Source: Camelus ferus (lineage: Eukaryota). From it: 64,000 bases of DNA. This document shows, one piece after another, positions 53,701-64,000 of this stretch. The DNA is taken from assembly GCF_009834535.1 (NCBI RefSeq), contig NC_045696.1:83392001-83456000 (forward strand). Direction: 5' to 3'. Under the pieces are notes generated by a model that saw only the letters and a list, made by a program, of their open reading frames with translations, was not told where the DNA came from and ran no database searches. Position 1 is the first letter of the stretch. Every line of letters starts with the position of its first letter. A program made the position numbers and the translations under genes.

Positions 53701-53924
53701 CAGTGGTTCTCAAGTAGGAGAGAGGGGTAAAAGAATTGCCCTCAGGGAATATTTGGCAATGTCTGGAGACACTGTGAGCTGCCACAGTTGGGGAGAGTGG
53801 ATGCTACCAGCGTCTACTGAGTAGAAGCCAGGGCTGATGCTTGGGGATCAATGCACAGGACAGCCCCCACGACAAAGAATTATCTGTCCTGCAATCTCAG
53901 TAGTGCTGAGGCTGAGAAAGCCTG
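53701..53924 (+). mobile_element. MER20 hAT-Charlie DNA transposon
   Basis: cagtggttctcaa...tttggcaatgtctggagaca...aatgcacaggacagcccccacgacaaagaattatc...agtgctgaggctgagaaagcctg. Confidence 0.9.
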
Positions 53925-54229
53925 CCTTAAGAAAACTGCTGTCTCCCAGGTGGAGCTTACTCTAGATCTGGAAATCCACAAAGGCAGTGGGGGAACGCTA
54001 TGATCCCTCCTTCTATCTTAGCTCCATTTCCCTACCACTCCTACCAGTAGTTTCTGATCTTTGTATTTGGGCCCAGGTGGAAAGGAATTAGAGATCACGA
54101 GCATATTCTCAGAGTTGTTACAGTTATAATTTGGAATTTTCTTTTCTGGGTGTGGTGGACACACACTTGCTGTGGGTGTTTGTGTGGCGGTGTTGTCCTA
54201 GGGAACATGGGAGGAGTTCGCAGTGGGCG

Positions 54230-54620
54230 AGGTCTCTCAAGGTCTAACGATTAGGATGTGTTGATTAAATTTAGCGTAAAGGAAGCACTTGATGAGCTTA
54301 GTTGGAGCCGTGTAAAGGGCGAGAGTTGTAAGCAGCAGAATGAGTAGTAGAGAAAACACAGGGACAGTGATCTCTACACTCATTTTTCTAAACATTTTGC
54401 TCAAGAGCACAGAGAAGAGACAAGGGTGTTGGGTCTTAAGTGGGAGAGATTTGAACAAGTTTAAGTGGAAATGGACAAAGAAAGAGGAGTTAAGGGGAGG
54501 TGGAGGGGAGACAGGAAGAGAGAGGGAAAAAGAGAGAACATGACTTGTGGTAAAGCACATCCCTGAATAAACAGGAACAGGAAGGGATGGCATCCAGCGG
54601 CGCGTGTGTTGGGCCAGGGG
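54230..54620 (-). mobile_element. L2 LINE fragment
   Basis: attaggatgtgttgattaaatttagcgtaaaggaagcacttgatgagctt...caggaagggatggcatccagc. Confidence 0.6.
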
Positions 54621-55606
54621 ATAGTGAGTCTCTTTCAGTTCTTTTATTCTTTTTATGACCTTGAATAGAACTGCTTCGGTCCTGTTTTATTTATACCTTG
54701 AGCTGGGTTGTTTCTGGACTTAAGTCAATGAGACAGCTGCCCATATAATTTGAGAGGGAAATGGCTTGAAATTTTTGTCAGTAGAATAACTCCTTGGTGT
54801 TTCAAGGCTTTGCCTCCTGAAGGCTCTCTATTAAAATGTAAATAAGTTACCTGAAAAGTCATCATCTGAAAATCCATTAATATATTTGCAAGGATTAGTT
54901 TATCAATTCCCTGGTTAAGGGCTGGGCCAGGACGAGTTTACTATGATGGCGGCGAGAGTGTGAGTGTGCGGGCGCACAGAGGAGCAAGCCCAGAGTTCTG
55001 TGGAAGAGGACGACATCACAGCTAGAGAAGAAAGCAAGGTCTGGAAACTGAAACCTTGTCTGAGAGGACTGCCAAGAACCTGGAGAGAGGGGACAAAAAA
55101 AGCACCTTCAGAGACAACCGCAGTATCAAATCCCATCCATCTCTGGCCTTTGACGAGTTTACTCAGATGGCTCTCACATGACATATGACCCTGCATGGGA
55201 AAGTCAAAGTCCTGAGATCCATCAGATCCTGTGGCCACGTGTTCCCTGGGAGGCAAGGTTAGCCCAGGGTGCGGCTGTCTTCTCCCAGAGGTCATTAGCA
55301 TTTTCCATATACCCTCTCAGCATTTGATTGGCTGTCTAAGCAGAGACCATAGCCTACCATCAAGACCCTGGCCCTGAGTGGGGTCTTGGACACCCAGATA
55401 CTTAAACCTTAAGACCAAATACTTCCACCATACTCACTCCCCAACCCCTGCCGTCCTGCTGCCGTAATACCATCTATTGTCTCCTCTATGCTCACCACAT
55501 ACTGGCTGCCTACATGTGTCAGGGGGAGGGGCTTCTCTGTAATACAGATTCCCAAGCCACCTCATTTCTGGTATTTTAGATCCAGTAAAACTGGAGTGGA
55601 ACCAAG

Positions 55607-56008
55607 TGTCACAGTCAACTCAGGACTGCTATAACAAAATACCACAGACTGGATGGCTTAAACAACAGAAATGTATTTTCGTACAGTTCTGGAGGCTGGA
55701 AAGTGCAAAATCAAGGCACCGATTGATTTGGTTGCTGGAGAGAGCTTTCTTCCAGGCTTACAGGTGGCCCCCCTCTCTCTGTGTCCTCACTTGGCCTTTA
55801 GTTGGTGCATGTGGAATGAGAGATCTCTCTCTTCCTTTTCATATAAGGCCACCAATCCTATTAGATTAGGACCCCACCCTTATGGCCTCACTTAACGTTA
55901 ATTATCTCCTAAAAGCTCTTTTGCCAAATACAGTCATATTGAGGGTTAGGGCTTCAACATAAGAACTGGGGGGAGGAGGAGGGCAGGGACACAATTTGGC
56001 CCTTAACA
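55607..56008 (-). mobile_element. MaLR solo LTR, MLT1A-like, inserted in a MER5 with a perfect 5 bp TSD
   Basis: TG...CA ends; CCAAG at 55602-55606 and 56009-56013; MER5-like sequence on both sides (about 55535-55606 and 56009-56085). Confidence 0.92.
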
Positions 56009-57877
56009 CCAAGGAAATCTGCATTTTCAGCCAGCATTCTAGGTGAGTCCGAGGCAGGTCTTCCAAGCACGTCGATTTGAAAGGTCCTACTTTAGAACCT
56101 ATTCCCACATATCCTTCCTAAAAGGAACATAAACTAAATAGTAACGGACTGCAATTCTAAAATATATTCAATAACACCATATACATAACTGCAATTGCAC
56201 ATGAGTGCTGGTAAGAATATTACACATCACCTAGTGCAAGCCCTCAGGTAGACGAGGAAACTAAGCTTATAATGCTGAGTAATTGAGAAATGTTTTCCTT
56301 GAGTAGGACATTTGGATAATCTTTGAGAAGCACTGAGGTGTGGCAACATCTTTAAAAAGTTACTAAATAAGACAAATACACTTCCAAACATTTACTGAAA
56401 AGAAACATTACAGTAGCAGAAACCGTTGCTAATTAAATGCAAATAGTTGGTTAATGTGCAGTGCAATTATCTCTTACTCAAAGAATTACATATGGAATAT
56501 TGCATGCATCATATCCTTTCTGAAGGAAAACAAATTCTCTTAAATCCATCATAAAATTACCCAACACAAATGCTCCAAACCTTTCACCAATGGGCTAAAT
56601 GCCAGCTGACATACTTCCATCCACGCCACACAACCATCCACCTTAGACACTGCAAAATGTGCTTGAGCATTATCACAAATGTTTGTGTCACCCAACTAAC
56701 AATGTTGTCGTATGTTTTCTTCTCTCTTGGAATGTATTACCAAGCAAATAATTTAACACATGAATGCATCTTCTGTTATTTACTTTCAGAAAAGACTGAA
56801 TGTGTCTCCGTAGCCTTCAAAGCCAAGGAGCATTTTATGTCGGGATGATGTTTGCAGCTGGGCAGCCCGGTAGTGCCTGGATGCAATGGAAAGTATTTCT
56901 AGGCACTTAGCTTGTCTCTACAATATGAAATCTAAACATTTCTAGGAAGAAGTATATTTCTATGCCAAGAAAATGTGGGTTAATATCTAATTTTTTAAAC
57001 ACCCACCCGGTTTAAACTGGGCCAAAGATAGTGTTCTTAATCTGCCCGTAAGGAGATTTACTGTGGGGAAAAAAAAAAAAAGTGTCCAATTCTGAGGATT
57101 CTTGGAGAAAAAGGGAAAATTCTAACTGAGAAGTCTTAAGGGTAGATAGATAAAACCACCTAAACAACAAAACTTGCCGTTAGCAATGAAAGTTATATTC
57201 CCCAAAACGTAACACACGTACTACTTTTACTGCAAATAACTAGGGATGCTTCTGAAAGATACAGAGTCCAGGATCATACCCCTTTCCTGGACTCCATAAG
57301 CTCTTCACTTGGGGCTCAGGCTGAGCATTTTCTAACCAGCTCTCCAACTGATCCTTACGCACACAAAAGCTTTTACTCCAAGAGGGATGGGGGATGAAAG
57401 GAATATACATTATCATCTTTCTCCATCATGTCATTCATGATTCTAAAGCCCAAGAAAACCTGAGATAAGTCAATGAAGTGCATGAATTCCAATCAAAGCA
57501 CAAATAATAACAATTCCTTTAACTTTTTCACCTACTACACCACTTTGATGCTATGTCTCTTTTCTCATTAGTCCCAGATGGCTCTTAGGCACCATGGTGG
57601 TCTTTTAAACCACCAAATCATTCTCAAAGTCAGATCCTTGACCACTACTGGGCTCCCCAAACGGTTGAAAAGCAACCCAGGAAGCTCATCGTCAAAGGAG
57701 AAGACAGTCAGTGTCTGTCTCACTGTTCCCTGGTCTCTCTCTCTCCCCTCTCCCATTCACAGAGAAGAATGAGCAGTTCTACCAACTTTCATTTTTCTCT
57801 GTAGCCTAGTTGCCTTTCAACACTCAATACCTAGTGACATTACAAAGCTCCTACTAATTTCACTCCACACACATCCT

Positions 57878-58390
57878 ATTATCTCTACTCAAAAATGCAC
57901 ATTTTCCTCCACATTTTAATATCTCTGAAATCAGGATCTGTCTTACAAATATCCAGCCTTTTCTGGCAACTACAAATTGCTCTGCTACCGCTTTGCCAAT
58001 CCTTCCCCCTGTGAGATTACAGTTGTTCTTTTTTTCCACCCTTCCCTTTCCAAACCACTCCTGAGAACCCCTGGACTATAAACTTGGGAGTTTCACGCTA
58101 AGCAAACATGCTGCAGGACCAGGTGGATTTCTCTGCACTGCTGCTTGGCTCTGAAATCTGCCAGCTAAGGTAGTGCAACCATTAGAGACTCTTCTTTGTT
58201 TTAAGCTGAGTAAAGCAGAGTCAGGAAACTCACCTGGCACTCAGAGGCCTTCTAAAGAGCTCCTTCAGCACATATAAAATAAAGTAGTAACACAACCTTT
58301 GTTTACTTGGTATGTTTTTCTTTCTTAGTGATACCTATCATAACAGCATGTCCCACATTTAATGGCATGTTAGATCTGATAAAATATAGG
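57878..58390 (+). mobile_element. Kanga/MER104-like TcMar DNA transposon remnant
   Basis: Start aaatgcacattttcctccacattttaatatctctgaaatcaggatctgtcttacaa; end atggcatgttagatctgataaaatatagg. Confidence 0.55.
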
Positions 58391-59069
58391 AGCTAGTGGC
58401 AAACTTAATAAATACAAAGTTGAATTTTTGGGTTGAAAGGAGCAAAGGATTGTTTTGGCCCCGTTAAATGGGCTATAGCACACACAGAACATTTTAAGAT
58501 CATTAAATTTAAAGTTTTCCTTTACCGCTGCTGGTATAGTACCTGAGGGCTCCCACAGAAGCTATTACCACTTCTTGCCCAGAGACTGGCCTTGATCTCA
58601 TTTCTGGGGTATTATCTCCATAGCTATTAATTCTATCATGTCCCTTCTGTATTCAGGAACGCAGCCCTCACACAAAAGGAAACCTTCCATCTCCACCAGT
58701 GTAGCAGCTCTCCCAAAGCTGATGCTGTCTTTTTTTCAGTTCTCTCTCTCACTGTCTCTTGATAAAATTGAACTTACCTCTTCAGAGCTAGGTTGGAGCA
58801 CATTTTTAGGGGCATCATCCAGAGTGACACCAAAATATCTGTCAATTCTGAAAACTGACATGCTTTTTGAGATAAAGGGCAGGCATCTATTTTATCCTAG
58901 GATGAGCTCCTTGCCTTTTTTTTAAAAACTCCCATAAAGAAGAACCCTACTGACAGAGGGTCTGACCCTAAGTCTTTTCATCTGTCTTCCCAGAAGGAGT
59001 GTAATGTCCATAGGCTGAGATACCTCCTTAAATACATATCTCAGAAGTAGACAAACAGGTGGGTCTTCC

Positions 59070-59260
59070 CCAGCTTCCACCACACTGTATTTACCTGTCT
59101 GTTATTTACCTGTCTGTCTTCTCCTCTAGTCTGTAAGCTTCCGAAAAGTAGTTTGTTTCTCATTTATAATCTTCTTAGGCACTACGAGTAGATGGTACTA
59201 GTAAAGTCCTGGTACCCAGGTGACTATAAATATTGTCTACTGAATATATGAATGAATGAT
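59070..59260 (+). mobile_element. L2 3' terminus
   Basis: tttacctgtctgtcttctcctctagtctgtaagcttcc...tgaatatatgaatgaatga. Confidence 0.7.
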
Positions 59261-59279
59261 TACAGTTAACAATCACTAA

Positions 59280-59470
59280 AGCATAGAATATTAGAGCTAG
59301 AAGTGATGTTATAGGCTGTTTAATGCAAAAATCTTACAGAATAGATCAGGAGATTATATAGTAGAAATTAGGTAACTCCTTCATGATCATATGGCTAATA
59401 AATGACAGAATGAGGAAGGCTCATATTGGGTCTACTGATGACAGTTATTCAGTTCTTTCCTCTCTAAAAC
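59280..59470 (-). mobile_element. MIR SINE fragment
   Basis: catagaatattagagctagaag...gatcatatggctaataaatgacagaa. Confidence 0.6.
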
Positions 59471-62400
59471 ACTATGAACTGCTACATTGTCATTCACAAT
59501 TTTAATAAGATATTCCTACAAATAACGGGATTAAAGCAGTACATGTTGTACACACACTGTCATTCTGCAGTAATGTGGACCAGGAGCTAAAAGATCCCAA
59601 AGTTTTTTCACTCAAACCATCAGAAGCAAATAATGAGTTTAAGTCTTCACAGACTTTTTATTTTTACATCACTACTATAACAAAGCAAACACATAATTTT
59701 TTTAAAAGTAGATTTTGGTCCAAGCAGGAAACAGACAGGACACACAAAACTAAACTGAGGTTAAAATTTATCCCGTTTGTCCCACATCCCTTATTTAGAG
59801 GGTTTCAGTTACTAAGTGCAACATTTCCAGCCAGAAAGAAACAGACAAAGAATGAGATGACAATACCAAGGTACCACCCATGTCAGGGACCCCTGTCAGT
59901 TTTTCAATGGGATGTGGTGGCGGTATTCCGGAATGCTGATGCTAAGTCCCAGCTTCTGCAATAAATGTTTATAAATTCTCAGTATCAGCTTCTACATATC
60001 ATTGCCATCATCCCTATTATAATGGCAAATAGTAAAAATACAATTAATGATAGCCACAATTTTCAATCATCATACAATTTAGAAAAAAGAACTCCTCACT
60101 ACATACAAGAACATTTCCTCCCTGAGGTTCCATCTAGCAAAGAATTAAAATAAAACTGCTGACAGTTACCTGTTCTATAACTGACTGCTATTCATGTAAC
60201 AGGAAACCTTCGAAATGTAACTCTGCTATCTCTGCCCCACATTTACCTGATTCCTCCTTAAGGCAACAGTTGAATTTATCTGACATAAGTCTTGATTTGG
60301 GGAGGGGAGGGTGGAAAGGCAGAATATTATGGAGGTAGTATTAAGTCCTAGCCTTCTCTCAGACTGCAGAAGACACTGATTTCCTTGCAAAATAAAATGC
60401 ACAAAGGCATACCGGGATCATTCATTTCAGCTTCATTACTGGTAATTGATCACACTGCCCGGAGGAAATCAGTCCATTTGTTTTTCATGAGCCAGACTGG
60501 ACAGAGGTCACCATTCACATCTCTCCTCTGTAATGAACTAATTATCAAAACAATAGGCACTTAATGAAAAGCATGGTCAAGGAAACATGTTTGTCCTCAT
60601 TCTTTTGAACTTTCAAACTGTACAGATATATGGGACTCAGATCATTTTCTCTACTAAATCCTTGTTAAACAAAACTGGTTTTTACCTTCATCCTAATTTT
60701 CCTCTAAAAATTGATCAGAAAATTCTTCACCTCATTCCCCCCAATACAACAGATGCCCACGCCAGACATTAAAAGAAGCATCCAGCTCCTCAGAAACGTT
60801 CTTAGAGAGCCTCACTCTAATTGGTTTGCATGCTTTGCAAAGAAAACACCAGCACACGCATAAACAGACTGACAGGTTGTCTGATTCCACTGTGACGCTT
60901 ACAAGTCCCCGTGTTCAGTGAGCTTCCAGAACGTCCTCCGGCAATGCTCATTAGCAAAACACAGCTGATACCTCTCCAAAGGTAATTGGCTGGGGGTAGG
61001 GTGAGAAGAAAAGGGCATATCCTTTCTCTCCCTGGATCCCAAGGTCCAAAGACTGTAAAATCCTATATATACCTTAATGTTAAAATACCCAGAATCATTC
61101 CAAAAAAAAAAAAGAAAAAAAGAAAAAGGAAAGATAAGAAAAGAAACTTCTCTTTACTGAGAACTTTGGCAATCTGGTTCACACCCTTCAGCTAAAATTC
61201 CAGATCTCATTTTCTGCCTTGAGCCACTTGAAAGATAAGTGTCAACATACATTGGCACTATCGAAGGTACTGACCACAGATATTAACCCATAGTCAATGA
61301 TGACCTTTTCTGACAGATTTTAATATACTGGCTTCTTACAGACTATACACAGTCTTAATATAATATCTATTACCCTATCCCCAAAAGGTTGTGATTCATT
61401 TAGTTACAACCACTTTAAAATGAATCCAGTATATATTGCAAGATGTTCAGAAGTGGCTTATGGCACCAGGGAGTATATAATTATTCCCTCCCAGCTATTC
61501 AGTTTTGCTGACAGCAGATAATAATTGTGTAGACCTATACCCTACATAACCCTAGGGGGCCTTTCAAAGCAACAAATTTTGAAAAAAAAATTAATGAAAA
61601 ATTTTCCAAAAATGGCAGCAGCCACAACCAAGCATAGCACTTAAAATACAATTTGAGTTTTGTCAAAGAGGATAGAGTGGGGATAGAGTAGATAAAAAAA
61701 GAAAAACATACATCTCTCTGTCTACATAAATATATAGGAGATTTAAAAGATAATTTTGCATATGGTGATTCTCTGAATTTCTATGTGAATTTCTAAATAT
61801 TTTATTTCCTTTGGCAGGAATACATTAAAGATCATAAAATGTCTTCTTGGAAGACAGAGATTGTATTAGACTGTTATTTACTTAGCTCGCCTCTTCCCCC
61901 TCCTCTCTCCCACACTGCGACTACCAAGGTTACAAACAAGTCCACAGAAATGTCAAGAAACAGGCAAGAAACCTGTACCGCAAGTCCCCGGAGATAAGCC
62001 GTAGACTCGTCACTCACAGCTGTGACTTCTCACTCTGGCTCTCCTGGCTAGGAAGCTTTGATAAACACTTAACTCTTGTGTGCCCTAGTTTTGTATTTTA
62101 AAAATAAGTTTTCCCATTTCATTTTATAGAAAATAATAATTGACTTTAAAAAAAATCATCTAAGCTGTGACATAAAGATCACTGGGACAAGTCATCTAAG
62201 AGCAGTGGCCTCAGAGGGAGTTCCTGGGCTCTGTAAGAAGACGTGACCAGAAAGGAAACAAAAGAAAAGGAGTAAGTTTCTTCCACAACTGAAAGGCAAT
62301 CATAATGGACGGACAAAAATGAATAAAATATGGCAGAGACAAAAAAAATTCAGTCTATAAACTCCCCATGCAATAAGACAGTACTGACAAGATCCAAGTG

Positions 62401-64000
62401 CCTCTACCAATCATCAGTCAGTATACATCTGTTTTTAAACAATTTTTTGAAAGAGATTTAATTAATACAGGCAAACATTTTCATGCTGATGCAGGTGACT
62501 GTATGTAAAACTTCATACACTTCTGTGCCATAGCAATCTCCATCAGGTCTGTGACCTGGAAAGGACTGCTTAGCACCTCTTTCTTCCTTCCAAGATACTC
62601 CCTCTAACGACCAAGCAGGATGGGCCAGAAAGAAGAGACTTCAATGAAAGGCCGGCATCTGAGCCCACTCAGCAGGAGTCCAGATGAGAGGACAGCAATG
62701 CCACTGAGGTAGAAGTAAAACTCGCGGAAATACTTCATGTGTTGCAGAAAAGATGATGTGGAGTTATACTATCGCTGGCCCAGACAAAATTAGCTTATTT
62801 TATTATCTCTAATTTCCTTTAATTTCTCTGAACCCTGCAGGGTCTCTATAACTATATCCTCTTTTTATTGCATGGCTCTTGTTCTGTTATCATTATTTTT
62901 ATATTTCCGTGCTTAGGTGGCTTTTGGAATGAGGCAAAGCATAAAATCATAGAGTAATTTAAGTCATCAGCTTGAGTTAAGGAATCTCATAAACATAAAA
63001 TAGAAAGGTGAAACCTATGCTAAATATACTTACAGCAAAATGATCACAGCTTATAGCTCTATGCTTCCTAGTGGACAATGCAAAACACGGGATACCACAG
63101 ACTCGTCACCATTCGTTATGTAATAATCCACAAGTACCATTTCACTAGGGAAGACACACCTACTCAGCATAATATTTTAAGAAAAATTTCTCATGTGGAT
63201 GTTTGTTTAAAGATTATCAAAAAATAATTATAATTATAATGGGCAGGGTCTTCTCATATGCTACTACTAAAAGCTACAGGAACCTTCCTGACCATACCTT
63301 GATATGAACCATATGAACATAACTTACTCTGTCTCTCAGTGAAGTCTAAAGCACTATGTGAAAGCACAGAGTAAAACCATTTGCATGGGCTCCAAAAATA
63401 TGGCTACCTGGAGGTCTGACCTTACCAAAGCTTGAGAATCCAGAAGAATGGATATTTGGCACCTCTAGGTTCATATCCAGAAACAAGTGTGGTAGCACAG
63501 ATTGCTTACAAAGTGTCCATGAGGGAAAGACACCAGACCTCCTGAGTGAGGATAAGGTTGCAGTAGATCTCTCCATGGAGAATTTTCCAGGTGGAGAAAT
63601 CCAAGATCAGGAGGCCAGAAGGATAGAAGAAACTGTCAGGGTCAAGAAATAACCAGCTGGGAAGGGTCTGGGCAAGTAAAGGTTGATACCGAGAAGCAAG
63701 CAAAAGCATCAGTGTAAAAAGAGGGTATCTCCCAGAGAGAGGATACAAATGAAGGTCAGTCCCTGAGGACATTCATTTTCTTTGAGTCCATAGCATCGCT
63801 GGACTGACAAATATATATAGCAAAATGACATATAGACTGTTTTTGTAAAAATCTGGAGAGCAGACAATTTGAGACTAAAGTTACAGGGAGTGAATGCTTG
63901 AAACACACAGGTATTCTGTGTTGAAGTAACACACCTTTTCCTAGAGAGACCAGAAATGCAAGTGGCAAAGATGATGTTTTCTGCTGAAAATTAAAGAGTA

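Noticed and set aside
61800..61997. Strong + strand splice acceptor followed by an open frame (EYIKDHKMSSWKTE...)
   Set aside because: No good donor, peptide not recognised, and such acceptors are common in intronic DNA.
1..64000. Prokaryotic-type systems (operons, CRISPR, defence islands), rRNA/tRNA/snRNA genes, numts
   Set aside because: The sequence is mammalian repeat-rich non-coding DNA and I saw no such signatures.

Overview
This is AT-rich mammalian nuclear DNA with no recognisable protein-coding exon, RNA gene, CpG island or prokaryotic system, so it reads as a large intron or intergenic region. The host is probably a cetartiodactyl, most likely a camelid. That inference rests on the young L1 3' ends and on my seeing no Alu, Bov-A/tA, PRE-1, CAN or ERE SINEs. 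Much of the window is decayed repeats: L1, L2, CR1/L3, MIR, MaLR/ERVL solo LTRs (MLT1, MLT2, MER21) and DNA transposons (MER5, MER20, MER45, MER104/Kanga-like). Several are nested, some with visible target-site duplications (TSDs). The only supplied ORFs with recognisable homology are L1 ORF2 remnants at about 41.7-42.4 kb. The most unusual feature is a ~250 bp fold-back inverted repeat inside an old L2 at 33724-33977, with a 48/49 bp perfect core. Lesser items are a CTCF-like motif in MER45, an unassigned ~1 kb insert carrying adjacent NF-kB and STAT motifs, very short L1 tail insertions with TSDs, and a probable short L1 3' transduction. Repeat names come from my recall of consensus sequences and boundaries are approximate; no database was searched.
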